This document shows, piece by piece, positions 35,519 to 45,667 of a DNA stretch of 64,000 bases. The notes under the pieces were generated by a model. That model made no database searches and was not told the origin of the DNA. It saw nothing but the letters and a program-made list of their open reading frames with translations. Source of the stretch: a virus; the IMG/VR virus record IMGVR_UViG_3300040771_000047, positions 593-64,592 of that record; one strand, given 5' to 3'. Within the stretch, counting starts at the first letter, position 1, and the number at the start of each line of letters is the position of its first letter. A program made the position numbers and the translations under genes.

Positions 35519-37462
35519 ATGGAATATACAGTATTTGATTTAGAATCAAATGGATTACTAGATGAAGTAACTGTAATCCATTGTCTTTCTTGGTATAAGT
35601 CAGATGGTACCAGTGGTACTATTGTTGATTACCCTAGTATAGTTGTTTTTATGGGAGAACAAAAAGTCTTGGTTGGTCACAACATAATTCTTTATGATAT
35701 TCCTGTGATAAGAAAAGTGTTAGGAGTTTCTCTTGATTGTATAATGATAGATACTTTGGCTTTATCTTGGTATTTATATCCTACACTTAAAATTCATGGT
35801 TTAGAAGCTTGGGGAGAAAAATTGGGTGTTAAAAAACCTCATATTGTAGATTGGGAAAACCAATCTTTAGCTGACTATATACATAGGTGCGCGACAGATG
35901 TTGTTATCAACACAAAACTATTTAAAAAGCAAATCCAGTACCTAGTTCAAATTTATGAAGGAATAAACATCAACGAATTACTAGAATACTTGACTTTTAA
36001 ACTTAAGTGCGCGGAAGAACAAGAAAGAGTTAAGGTTAAAGTTGATGTAAATCATTGTAATAAAGTTTTATTAGAATTAGACCCTGTAATCTCAGAAAGA
36101 GTATATGCATTAGAGTATGCTATGCCTGAAATTATTAAGTATAGAATAGTGATGAAACCTAATAAAATGTACAAAAAGGATGAATCTTTATCTGCTGCTG
36201 GAGTCAAATGGTTAGAACTATTGTTTGAACATGAGTTAGATGCCAACCATGAAGAACCTATTAAAGTAGTAAAGACAAAAGAAAAGCCTAAAGCTTCTTC
36301 TGTCCCTCAACTTAAGAAATGGTTGTTTACTTTAGGATGGGAACCTACTATATTCAAGTATGTTAAAGGTAAAACTTATAATGACCCTGTTAGAAAAGTT
36401 CCTCAAATCAGTGATAAAGATGGTAAAATTTGCAGAGATATAAAAAGATTGTACATAGGACATCCATATTTGGAAAACCTGGAAAGTCTTTTTATGCTTA
36501 AGCACCGACAAACTACCTTAAAAGGTTTTATAGAATGTGCAAACTCCAATGGCTATATGAAAGCTCAAGTTGGAGGTCTTACTAATACTTTAAGATTTAA
36601 GCATAAGAAACCTATAGCTAACCTACCTTCAGTTTTTAAACCTTATGGTAAAGAAATTAGAGGAGCTATTGTTATTCCTGATAATAGATTTTTGTTTGCT
36701 GGTAGTGATATGGAAGCATTAGAGGATACTACTAAGCAACATTATATGTATTTCTATGACCCTGAATATGTTACACAGATGAGAGTTCCAGGATTTGACC
36801 CTCATCTCGATATTGCCTTGCAAGGTAAGATGCTTACATTAGAACAGGTTGAAGCTCACAAAGCTGGAACTGAAGATCATTCTAATGTAAGAAAAGATGC
36901 CAAGCAAGTTAATTTTGGTGCAGTCTATGGAGTTGGCCCGCCCAAATTATCTATGACTACAGGGTGGGAATTAGAGAAATCTACAGCTATGTTAGCAGCT
37001 TATTGGGAAAGAAATAAAGCAGTAAAACAAGTTGCTGCAGACATTACAGTAAAAATATTTCACAAAGATGGTACTATCTTTAACTATGTTGCAAAGAACA
37101 TAACTGCACTTGCTAGAAAAGATATGAATGCCTTTGAAGAAACTATTAAAACTATGTGGTTATATAATCCTGTTTCTAAATTTTGGTACTCTCTAAGGTA
37201 TATAAAAGACATATTTTCTACCTTAAATCAAGGTACAGGTGTGTACTGTTTTGATACTTGGGTAGGCTTTGTCAGAGAAAAAGGAATTAAAATCTGTCTA
37301 CAATACCATGATGAAATCTTGTTACCATTTCTTAAACAATACTCTGAAAGAGTTAAAGAAGCTTTACAGTTATCTATTACTCAAACTAATGAGAAGTTAC
37401 AACTCAATGTACCTTTGGCAATATCTGTAGACTTAGGTGTCACTTATGCAGCTTGCCATTAG
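35519..37462 (+). CDS. polA: Family A DNA polymerase with 3'-5' exonuclease (T7-like architecture)
   Basis: ExoI VFDLES, ExoII GHNIILYD, ExoIII CATDV; motif A GSDMEALE, motif B RKDAKQVNFGAVYG, motif C QYHDEI. Confidence 0.93.
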   Translation: MEYTVFDLESNGLLDEVTVIHCLSWYKSDGTSGTIVDYPSIVVFMGEQKVLVGHNIILYDIPVIRKVLGVSLDCIMIDTLALSWYLYPTLKIHGLEAWGEKLGVKKPHIVDWENQSLADYIHRCATDVVINTKLFKKQIQYLVQIYEGININELLEYLTFKLKCAEEQERVKVKVDVNHCNKVLLELDPVISERVYALEYAMPEIIKYRIVMKPNKMYKKDESLSAAGVKWLELLFEHELDANHEEPIKVVKTKEKPKASSVPQLKKWLFTLGWEPTIFKYVKGKTYNDPVRKVPQISDKDGKICRDIKRLYIGHPYLENLESLFMLKHRQTTLKGFIECANSNGYMKAQVGGLTNTLRFKHKKPIANLPSVFKPYGKEIRGAIVIPDNRFLFAGSDMEALEDTTKQHYMYFYDPEYVTQMRVPGFDPHLDIALQGKMLTLEQVEAHKAGTEDHSNVRKDAKQVNFGAVYGVGPPKLSMTTGWELEKSTAMLAAYWERNKAVKQVAADITVKIFHKDGTIFNYVAKNITALARKDMNAFEETIKTMWLYNPVSKFWYSLRYIKDIFSTLNQGTGVYCFDTWVGFVREKGIKICLQYHDEILLPFLKQYSERVKEALQLSITQTNEKLQLNVPLAISVDLGVTYAACH

Positions 37463-37554
37463 GATTAATATGAACCTTTCCAATGTATGTTTATACATTG
37501 TTGCTTACAGTAAACTACTGTAAACATACCAACACGTTACTTAAAAATTTTGTT

Positions 37555-38832
37555 ATGAAAAAGATATTTAAACAATTAGACGTTTTTATTAAGAAAACTA
37601 GCTCTATTATTGATGTTGCAGATGAAGTAGAAATACTTAGGAAGCAATTAAAGAAGGAAGAAGACATTGTATTATTTGTAAATGCAGTTAGAGAAAGAGT
37701 TCAATTTGAAGCTTTCAATGCTGTAGTTAATAATAATGGTAGAGGATTAATAGCTATGGCTACTGGTGCAGGTAAATCTAGAGTAGGTGTAATGCTTGCT
37801 AGATGGTATGCTCCTAATGATTTAGGGACTAACCTTGGACTTGTAGTCCCTACTGAAAAACTTAGAGATGAAAATTGGAAAGAAGAATTTGACAAATGGG
37901 GTGCCACTGAATTGTGGAGTAAAACACTAAGACTATGTTATGCTTCAGCTTCTAAAATAGACTCTTATTACATTGACTTATTGATTCTTGATGAAGGGCA
38001 TAATATTACTGCTTTATCATCTGAAATCTTTAAGAATAATAAAGTAAAGAATGTAGTACTACTTACCGCTACTCCACCTACAAGTGTAGATAAGCTTGAA
38101 ATATTACAAGAGTTAGACATACCTTTGGTGTACCATCTTACTTTAGATGTTGCAGTTAAACTAGGATTTGTAGCTCCGTATAGGATTACTGTAGTTTACA
38201 CTGAATTAGATGCTGTTGAGAAATATGTAGTAGCCGGTAACAAACTTAAACCTTTTTATCAAACTGAAAAGGCTAATTATGATTATCTTACTCTTGTTAT
38301 TGACACATATAAAGAAAAAGTGTCTCCTACTTTTCAAGAAAGAGAAAGAAACAAGTTTGCTATTCTTAAAAGGATGCATTCTATCTATAGTTACAAAAGT
38401 AAAACTTTAGCTGCTAAGTTTATCCTAGATAACCTTATACCTAAAGATGATAGAACTCTTATCTTTTGTGGAGGTATACCTCAAGCTGAAGCTCTTTCTG
38501 ACCATTTTTACCATTCTAAGACCAATAGTAAATCTTACGATTTGTTTAAATCAGAGAAAGTAAACAGGTTGTCTTGTGTAAAAGCTATTAATGAAGGACA
38601 TAATTTTCCTGGTATTGATAGTGGTGTAATAGTTCAGATAAATTCTAAAGAAAAAGACTTAATTCAAAGACTTGGTAGACTTCTTAGATTTAGACCTGGA
38701 CATGAAGGACATCTTTACATTGTAGTAATTAAAGGGACTCAAGATGAAGTGTGGTTAAATAATGCATTATTAAACTTTGACAGTACTAGAATAGAATACA
38801 CTGACTTTAAAACCTTAAAAGATAACCAATGA
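37555..38832 (+). CDS. SF2 helicase
   Basis: ATGAGKS, ILDEGH, LTAT, EGHNFP, IQRLGRLLR; ATG 37555 preferred over 37483. Confidence 0.88.
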   Translation: MKKIFKQLDVFIKKTSSIIDVADEVEILRKQLKKEEDIVLFVNAVRERVQFEAFNAVVNNNGRGLIAMATGAGKSRVGVMLARWYAPNDLGTNLGLVVPTEKLRDENWKEEFDKWGATELWSKTLRLCYASASKIDSYYIDLLILDEGHNITALSSEIFKNNKVKNVVLLTATPPTSVDKLEILQELDIPLVYHLTLDVAVKLGFVAPYRITVVYTELDAVEKYVVAGNKLKPFYQTEKANYDYLTLVIDTYKEKVSPTFQERERNKFAILKRMHSIYSYKSKTLAAKFILDNLIPKDDRTLIFCGGIPQAEALSDHFYHSKTNSKSYDLFKSEKVNRLSCVKAINEGHNFPGIDSGVIVQINSKEKDLIQRLGRLLRFRPGHEGHLYIVVIKGTQDEVWLNNALLNFDSTRIEYTDFKTLKDNQ

Positions 38833-39041
38833 TTACAAAATTTTTACAATTTACAAATAGTAAATTAAAAGCAGTGGATAAGCAAATTCTTCTTACAATT
38901 GATAACCCAGGTTCTATTGTTAGTCATAAAAAAACAATGGTAATCCACCCTGAGAATAAGACTTTCACTCAAGAAGAAACACAAAAAATAACTGAATTAT
39001 TAACTAAAACTAAAGAAAATGGAAATAAATCCAATGATTAG
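38829..39041 (+). CDS. Hypothetical protein
   Basis: 70 aa, overlapping neighbours. Confidence 0.45.
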   Translation: MITKFLQFTNSKLKAVDKQILLTIDNPGSIVSHKKTMVIHPENKTFTQEETQKITELLTKTKENGNKSND

Positions 39042-39567
39042 AGAAACTTTAAGAAGTTTTAGTATTACTGAGGAAGATGGTATAGCATATTTGCTTTCTA
39101 TTTACTTTGATTGTAGACCTTCTTATGTACCTACTATTTTAGTTCAAAAGATGAATGTTACTAATATTCTTGGTTTAGATGATGATAGACTTTTGAAATG
39201 GAATATCCCATTGTTTGACACAACTGTAGAAGGTATAGGTAAATGGGACTGGGTACATCTTTGGATGGAAGGTTTTGCTAGAATTAATAAGTCTAGAAAA
39301 GGTACTAAATCTACTTGTGTATCAAGAATGAAGATATTTTTCTCTCAAAATCCTGATGTAAGAAAAGAAGAAGTACTTGGTGCCACTGAATTATACTTTA
39401 GAAGTGTAAGTGATCCAGAATATATTTTTACTTCACACTATTTCATATTTAAAGACAAAGGTGCAAACAGAACTTCTGCACTAGAACAATGGATAGAGAC
39501 TTACAGGGAGTCTGTACAAGAAACACCTACTAGTAATAGAGTACACATTTCAAATCAAATGCAATAA
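39019..39567 (+). CDS. Hypothetical protein upstream of replicative helicase (possible loader/initiator)
   Basis: 182 aa, coupled to the DnaB-like gene. Confidence 0.5.
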   Translation: MEINPMIRETLRSFSITEEDGIAYLLSIYFDCRPSYVPTILVQKMNVTNILGLDDDRLLKWNIPLFDTTVEGIGKWDWVHLWMEGFARINKSRKGTKSTCVSRMKIFFSQNPDVRKEEVLGATELYFRSVSDPEYIFTSHYFIFKDKGANRTSALEQWIETYRESVQETPTSNRVHISNQMQ

Positions 39568-40703
39568 TGAATGTAATAGAGAAGTTCAACGAAGGACAGA
39601 GGGGAACCAATAAAGGTTTGTCTATGGGAGAAGGATTAAAAGCTATCTCTCTTGCTATTAATGGTATTCAAAAAGCAAGGGTATATACTGTAGCCGCAGG
39701 ACCTAAAGTTGGTAAATCTACTTTAGTTGATGTTGGCTTTGCTATAGAACCTTGTTTGGATGCTATGGAAAACAATATTCCTTTTGAGTTGATTTACTTT
39801 TCTTATGAAATTGATAGAGTAAGTAAGGAGTTTGATTTTATTGCTCACTTCATTGCTAGAGATTATGGAATTACAGACATATCTTTAGCAGAAGGAGTTA
39901 CTTATAAAGGTGAGAAAACTGTTCCTTTGGAAGCGGGCTATCTTATGGGTCAAGTACAAGACGACAATGGAAAAATTATAAAAGTTAGTCCTGAAGTCTT
40001 TACTATGATAAAAGCAGTTTACATGAACAGAATTATACCTTTATTTGGTGAATTTGGAGAAGATGGTACTCAGATTAAACCTGGAATCATTACCTTTATA
40101 GACAATAGAGAGAACCCTACAGGAATTAGAAATAAGCTCATTACTCATGCTAAAACTGAAGGAAAGTTTGTCTATGAAAATAGTGTAGGTTCAGGTGGAA
40201 AGCAGTTCCAAAGAATGGTAGGTTACAAGCCAAACAATCCTGCAAAAATGACTCTTATTATTACTGACCACTTAAGAAAACTTATTCTAGAAAGAGGTTT
40301 TACCCTCAAGCAAACAATTGATAAGTTTGCAGAATATTCTACTGAATTAAGAAATAGTTGTGGTTATTCATTTGTCCATATTATCCATTTAAATAGAAAT
40401 ATGGCAGATATTAAGAGAATGCAGTATTCTGATGATAGACTTTTTCCAACTGCAGATGATATTAAGGAAACAGGTAACTTAAGTGAAGAAAGTAACTACA
40501 TATTCACTATGTTTAACCCTAATGATGATAAGTACAATCTTAAGAAACATTTTGGTCTAATGCTTAAAGATGTAAAGAATAACTTATTACACCCTAATAT
40601 CAGAACTATTCATTTAGTAGAAAGTAGGCATTGTGCTTACCCTCAACATTTTAGAGTTAACATGTTAGGTGCCACAAAACAATTTAAACAATTAACAATT
40701 TAA
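39567..40703 (+). CDS. dnaB: DnaB-like replicative helicase
   Basis: AAGPKVGKST Walker A, FSYE, ITDHL Walker B, HLNR, DIKETGNLSEE. Confidence 0.8.
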   Translation: MNVIEKFNEGQRGTNKGLSMGEGLKAISLAINGIQKARVYTVAAGPKVGKSTLVDVGFAIEPCLDAMENNIPFELIYFSYEIDRVSKEFDFIAHFIARDYGITDISLAEGVTYKGEKTVPLEAGYLMGQVQDDNGKIIKVSPEVFTMIKAVYMNRIIPLFGEFGEDGTQIKPGIITFIDNRENPTGIRNKLITHAKTEGKFVYENSVGSGGKQFQRMVGYKPNNPAKMTLIITDHLRKLILERGFTLKQTIDKFAEYSTELRNSCGYSFVHIIHLNRNMADIKRMQYSDDRLFPTADDIKETGNLSEESNYIFTMFNPNDDKYNLKKHFGLMLKDVKNNLLHPNIRTIHLVESRHCAYPQHFRVNMLGATKQFKQLTI

Positions 40704-40708
40704 TTTTT

Positions 40709-41428
40709 ATGTCAGAAGTTCAAGAAGCAGTAACACCTGCAGCAGTTTCAGTAGCACCTTCAAAGGTGAGGTCCATTTGTATAGACACTCTCACAGCTAT
40801 ACAGAATGAAGAATACATGAGAGACAAAAAGAAAGCAGGACATGATAAGTGGAAGGATTACGGTCAAGACATTTACAGTTTTAATGCTGACTTACAAGCT
40901 TTGGGGTTTGAGTTAATCTTAGTTTTGGGAGAGCCTGGTACAGGTAAATCTTCAGGAATGAGAACTTTACACCACAATAGTAATATCTGGTACAATACAG
41001 ATAACAAGAATCCTACTTGGCAAGGTGGTAGAGAAGAATATGGTAGAAAAGTTGCACCGAGAGCACCTTTCCATATTATTCCTAGTACTTATTCTGAGAT
41101 TATCCAGCACATTCAAATGGGTCTTGAAAGAGGTATGTTTGAACAGGATAGGTTTGCTTTTATTAGTGGTCATACTGAAACTTACAAAGTAGGTAATGAT
41201 ACCAAAGAAAGATTAAAAATTCTTGGTACTATGGGTACTAAAATGCAATTAGAGGGTAAAATGGAATCTGTTTTCTATAGTAGAGTAGAGAAAGTGGGTT
41301 CTGATGTAAGCTTCTTTTTAGAAACTCAGAATAGTGGTTTTAATACTGCTAGAAGTCCTCAAGGTTTATTTGAAGGAAAGATAGAAAATGACTATCAAAT
41401 GATTTTAGATAAACTACTAACTTACTAA
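40709..41428 (+). CDS. AAA_24/Sak4-like P-loop ATPase with permuted motif order
   Basis: ILVLGEPGTGKSS Walker A, FISGH, TARSPQGLFEG.IENDY C-terminus; the Walker-B-like SICIDT lies N-terminal to Walker A. Confidence 0.75.
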   Translation: MSEVQEAVTPAAVSVAPSKVRSICIDTLTAIQNEEYMRDKKKAGHDKWKDYGQDIYSFNADLQALGFELILVLGEPGTGKSSGMRTLHHNSNIWYNTDNKNPTWQGGREEYGRKVAPRAPFHIIPSTYSEIIQHIQMGLERGMFEQDRFAFISGHTETYKVGNDTKERLKILGTMGTKMQLEGKMESVFYSRVEKVGSDVSFFLETQNSGFNTARSPQGLFEGKIENDYQMILDKLLTY

Positions 41429-41431
41429 AAC

Positions 41432-41638
41432 ATGAGTACTCAAACACAAGAATTAATGCCACTTATAATTGCTATTGCAATATTATTAGGTGTAATTATT
41501 GGAGCAACATTTGTTGTTTTAAATACCAAAAGAATCTCTAAACAAGATGAAGAAGAATTTGCAGAGTTTCTTTATAAGAAAGAACTTAGAGCAAGAGATT
41601 TGCAAAAACAAGCTAAGGATTTAGCAAACAACTATTAA
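41432..41638 (+). CDS. Single-TM membrane protein
   Basis: LIIAIAILLGVIIGATFVVL then charged helix. Confidence 0.6.
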   Translation: MSTQTQELMPLIIAIAILLGVIIGATFVVLNTKRISKQDEEEFAEFLYKKELRARDLQKQAKDLANNY

Positions 41639-41663
41639 TTTAAACAATTTTTATACATATATT

Positions 41664-42056
41664 ATGTCAGAATTACAAGAAGGTACTCAACAAGTACAAA
41701 GTGAAGCTATTGCTCCAAGACCACAAGTTAGAATTTCAGATTGTAAGCGTATGCTTAAAGAAGGTATGGACAGAAAGGCTATTGCAGCTCATTATGGTAT
41801 TCCTGCTTCAGCTATGGCTGAGAAAGTTTGGTCACACCCTGAACTAAAGGGATTGAAAACTAAGAAAATCTATGAGATAGATTTGATTGATGACACTCTA
41901 GTTGAAGAAGTTGCAGAAGTTGCGGAACTTGCGGAACTTGCGGAAGTGGTAGATGAAGAGTTAGTTACTACTGAAGCTAATGTTGCTTTTAGTGATATGC
42001 AAGCTGAAGTAGGTGAGACTGAAGTTGCAACTACTGTTAATGATTGGGGAAATTAA
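41664..42056 (+). CDS. Acidic protein with HTH-like N-terminus and 9-bp tandem repeat
   Basis: GMDRKAIAAHYGI HTH-like; (V/L)AE repeats. Confidence 0.6.
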   Translation: MSELQEGTQQVQSEAIAPRPQVRISDCKRMLKEGMDRKAIAAHYGIPASAMAEKVWSHPELKGLKTKKIYEIDLIDDTLVEEVAEVAELAELAEVVDEELVTTEANVAFSDMQAEVGETEVATTVNDWGN

Positions 42057-42122
42057 TCATAGATTAAAGATTACGCATACAAAAACTAAATTTCAATATT
42101 AACAATAATAAATTTAAAAATT

Positions 42123-42926
42123 ATGTCAGAAACGACAAGTCCTCAAATTCAAGGTTACGGGTATACTTCAGATAATGATGAAGCTTTAAAAACTAAATCA
42201 GGTGGTAGATTTGGGTTAAATGCAGGTACTGCAGTATTGGCTAAATTTGCTTACAATCCTAATACAGCAAAAGAAGGTCAAGAAATAAGAGAAGCTATTG
42301 AGATTACAGTAAAAGTTGGTGATAGAGATTATCCTATGTGGATTTCTCCTGTTACTAGAGTTTATGTTAAGAATCAAGAGTACACTGAGTTTACTACTCC
42401 AGAAACTATTGCTGCAGTAAATGCAGAAATGAAGCAACAACAAGCAGTAATTACTCATATTGTGAAGTCTCAAGGTGTTACTGATGCACAGTTACAAGCT
42501 GCATTATCTTCATCTCCTATTACATCTTTTGCTGACTATGCTAACAGATTATGTTCAGTGTTACCAGCAGGTTTTGAAACTAGGGCATTAGATGTATTCT
42601 TAGAGTATCAATGGGATTTTGGTAAAAAAGCTGATGGTACTTTGAATGACAAAACTTATGCTCAATTGCCAAAGAACATGAAAGGTGGTTACTTTATTGT
42701 ACCAGCTCAATCTGGTGTATGGGTTGCATCTCTTGCTGCTGATGGTGCTTTGTCTTATAAAAATGCAAATGGTGTAACACACCCTATTGAAAAAGATGCA
42801 GCTTTTATGGAAGGTAAGAAAGGTACTCAGCAAGTTGTAGGACAAGCAGTTAAACCTGTAGGTACTGCAGCCATTACTCCTATTGCTCCGGGTGCAGCAA
42901 CATCTTCTACTTGGGATAATGTATAA
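42123..42926 (+). CDS. Abundant replication protein, probable ssDNA-binding protein
   Basis: 267 aa, strong codon bias, between the Sak4-like ATPase and primase, flexible tail ending in W; function inferred from context. Confidence 0.45.
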   Translation: MSETTSPQIQGYGYTSDNDEALKTKSGGRFGLNAGTAVLAKFAYNPNTAKEGQEIREAIEITVKVGDRDYPMWISPVTRVYVKNQEYTEFTTPETIAAVNAEMKQQQAVITHIVKSQGVTDAQLQAALSSSPITSFADYANRLCSVLPAGFETRALDVFLEYQWDFGKKADGTLNDKTYAQLPKNMKGGYFIVPAQSGVWVASLAADGALSYKNANGVTHPIEKDAAFMEGKKGTQQVVGQAVKPVGTAAITPIAPGAATSSTWDNV

Positions 42927-42980
42927 TTAATTATTTTCTTAATCTCTTTTGTTCTAAGTTTGTCTTCCTAAATAATATTT

Positions 42981-44027
42981 ATGAAACAATATGGATTTAT
43001 CTCCGACAAGTTAAGTAGAAGAGGTTTTATTAAAAAGGAAGATATTCTTGCTGTTATAACCCAAGAGGAGATTTTCAAGTTAGTTTTTAAAGAACTTCCT
43101 ATAGAATTTAAATATGTAAAGTCCCCTTTTCGAGAAGACACTAATCCTGGATGTTGGTTTCATTATAATATTGATGGTAAATTAAGATTTACAGATTTTG
43201 GTAATCCTGCCGTAATCAATGGCATATCTATGGGTAACATAGATTGCTTTGATTGCGTACAGGTTTACTTTAAACTTGCAAACTTTTATCTTACACTAGA
43301 GTTTATCTTTAATCACTTAATCAAAGGAAAAAATGTTGACACTGACAATAGAATAGAAATTCAGGTTCAAAAGAATGAAAAGAAGGCTGTAAAAATATTA
43401 ATTGAACCTAGACTATTTAATTCAAAAGATGCTGCCTATTGGACTTCTTATGGAGTTAGTAAAGCACAATTAATAGAGGATAAGGTTTTCCCAATTTCAA
43501 GGTACCATGCTTTAAATACTAAATTTGGTAACTTTAGTTCTAGTTGTCCTGATATATCCTATGCCTACACAGAGTTCAAAGAAGGGAGGAAAAAACTATA
43601 CTTCCCCCAGAAGGAAGGCAATAAAAGATTTCTTACTACCTGCAGTAAAGAAGATGTAGGTGGTACTACTTCCTTATCTTATGGTAAACAATTAATCATT
43701 TCTAAAGCCTATAAAGATTATAGAGTACTGAAGAATGAAGGTAAAAATGTCAAGTGGCTCCAAAATGAAGGCATGGTTCCTAGCTTAGATAACTTAACTG
43801 AGTTGGTTAAAGATTTCAAGAACGTTATTGTTTTCTTTGACAATGATGAGACAGGTATTAAAGCTTCCAAGGACATTACAGACATTATTAACTCAATTTC
43901 TAGAGGTAAGGCTAAATCTTTACATCTTCCTGAAAGATTGCTTAGTGAAAAGATTTCTGACCCTTCAGATTTATTCTTAAGGAGAGGTAAAGCATCATTA
44001 ACTAACTTTTTAAATACTTTTACATAA
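42981..44027 (+). CDS. dnaG: DNA primase (Toprim)
   Basis: KSPFREDTNPGC zinc-finger-like region, ISKAYKD, FFDNDETG Toprim DxD, ISDPSD. Confidence 0.85.
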   Translation: MKQYGFISDKLSRRGFIKKEDILAVITQEEIFKLVFKELPIEFKYVKSPFREDTNPGCWFHYNIDGKLRFTDFGNPAVINGISMGNIDCFDCVQVYFKLANFYLTLEFIFNHLIKGKNVDTDNRIEIQVQKNEKKAVKILIEPRLFNSKDAAYWTSYGVSKAQLIEDKVFPISRYHALNTKFGNFSSSCPDISYAYTEFKEGRKKLYFPQKEGNKRFLTTCSKEDVGGTTSLSYGKQLIISKAYKDYRVLKNEGKNVKWLQNEGMVPSLDNLTELVKDFKNVIVFFDNDETGIKASKDITDIINSISRGKAKSLHLPERLLSEKISDPSDLFLRRGKASLTNFLNTFT

Positions 44028-44756
44028 ATGAACCCCTTTGAACAATTTCATCCTTCTTGGAAACCTATTATTGGGTTACTACATCAAGGACTTTTAGCAG
44101 AGCTTAGTGCAGACATTCTGCCTAACTGCGTGTATTACCCACAAAAGGAAAACATCTTTAGAGTTTTCAGAATGCCTTTAGATAAGATTAAGGTAGTTAT
44201 ATTAGGTCAAGACCCTTATCACGGACCCGGCCAAGCAAATGGTTTATGTTTTGCAGTAGATGGACTTAGCAGAGTTCCTCCTAGTTTAGAGATAATATCT
44301 AAAGAACTGACTAATCAAGGATTGAAAGAAAGTCATAATTATGACACTCCTTGGAAGACTTTAGCACATTGGGAAAAACAAGGTGTATTCTTGCTAAACA
44401 CTGCATTAACAGTTGAATCAACTAAACCTGGAAGTCATATAAAGTACTGGGAAGAGTTTATTAGTAAAGTAATTACCTTTATTGCTCATAACCAACCCTG
44501 TATGTGGTTACTTTGGGGTAAGAAAGCTCAATCTTACACTACTCAAATACCACATAAGACTATCTTTGACGTGAAGAACTATAGTAAAGAAACTATAGAA
44601 GGAATACCTACTAGCCCTTATTTTAACTATATTTTGAAAGCAGCTCATCCTGCTGCAGAATGCTATCAAAGCAATGCAGGATTTTTAGGATGCAATCACT
44701 TTTATTATGTTAACAAAATCTTGACGAAAAACAATCAAGTAAAAATCAATTGGTAA
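44028..44756 (+). CDS. ung: Uracil-DNA glycosylase family 1
   Basis: VVILGQDPYHGPGQANGLCF, VPPSL, QGVFLLNTALTV, AAHPAA. Confidence 0.92.
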   Translation: MNPFEQFHPSWKPIIGLLHQGLLAELSADILPNCVYYPQKENIFRVFRMPLDKIKVVILGQDPYHGPGQANGLCFAVDGLSRVPPSLEIISKELTNQGLKESHNYDTPWKTLAHWEKQGVFLLNTALTVESTKPGSHIKYWEEFISKVITFIAHNQPCMWLLWGKKAQSYTTQIPHKTIFDVKNYSKETIEGIPTSPYFNYILKAAHPAAECYQSNAGFLGCNHFYYVNKILTKNNQVKINW

Positions 44757-44775
44757 AAAATAAAAAACAATTAAA

Positions 44776-45642
44776 ATGTCAGAATCAAATACAAATGCTG
44801 TAGAGAATACTCCAGTTTCAAGAACTATTACTATTTATGCAACAAGAGGTAACTCAGAGCCTGTTGACATTATTTCATCTGCAGTTACTTGGGGAGATTT
44901 TATTCCTGAAGTAAAGAAAGCAGGTTACTCTGTAGATAAAGTGTTATGTACAGAAAGCCATACAAGAATGGATTTAGTTAACAAATTAGCTATCTTACCT
45001 CTTGTAGACTTTACAATCTTTATTAGAAATAAAGAAACTAAGTCAGGTGCAACAGAACTAAGCTACAAACAACTTAGAGCTGCTATTGCTGGATTTATGT
45101 CTGAAGATTTTAACAGAGCAAAAGCTCACTTTGGTAACTACACTACTAAAACTACAGTTCTCTTAAGAGAATTGCATGCTTCTTATTCTCCTGCTGTTGT
45201 AGAAGAAGAGCAAGTGGAAATGAATGAAGTAGAAACTAATGTTGCTGATGTAGTTGAATCTGTTAAAGATTCTAAAGTAATCTACATTACTAACTCTGGT
45301 AGAATTGAAAAGATTTCAGCTTTACTTGCAGGTGTTACAGCTTGTACTACAAATGAAGAAGTTCTTGAAAGAATTGAAATCATTGAAGGAGAGATTGAAG
45401 GTCTTAGAGAAGCTGTTAATTCAGATGATACAGAAATTCTTATGGAAGCTGAAACAGCTCCTGTAGCAGAGGTTCCTGTCTTTGATGCTGAAGCTGAAGG
45501 GAGAGCTCAAGCAGTTGCAGAAGCTAAAGCTAAAGAAGAAGCTAAGATGGCTGAAGAAGCTGAATTAGCTAGACTTGCAGCAGTAGCTAAGCAAATCAGA
45601 AAAGATGCTTTGGCTTCTCAAGCTAGAGAGTTAGGTTTATAG
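44776..45642 (+). CDS. Ubiquitin-like (beta-grasp) domain precursor with C-terminal helical/acidic extension
   Basis: First ~91 aa show a beta-beta-alpha-beta-beta pattern ending ...FIRNKETKSG; heads an E2-JAB-E1 gene run. Fold call is inference. Confidence 0.6.
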   Translation: MSESNTNAVENTPVSRTITIYATRGNSEPVDIISSAVTWGDFIPEVKKAGYSVDKVLCTESHTRMDLVNKLAILPLVDFTIFIRNKETKSGATELSYKQLRAAIAGFMSEDFNRAKAHFGNYTTKTTVLLRELHASYSPAVVEEEQVEMNEVETNVADVVESVKDSKVIYITNSGRIEKISALLAGVTACTTNEEVLERIEIIEGEIEGLREAVNSDDTEILMEAETAPVAEVPVFDAEAEGRAQAVAEAKAKEEAKMAEEAELARLAAVAKQIRKDALASQARELGL

Positions 45643-45667
45643 TAATTTGCAATTTATTTATATAATC

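Noticed and set aside
16524-37462. Inteins, introns or homing endonucleases in terL or polA
   Set aside because: Both have ordinary lengths and continuous motifs; no intein splice-junction or LAGLIDADG/HNH/GIY-YIG signatures seen.
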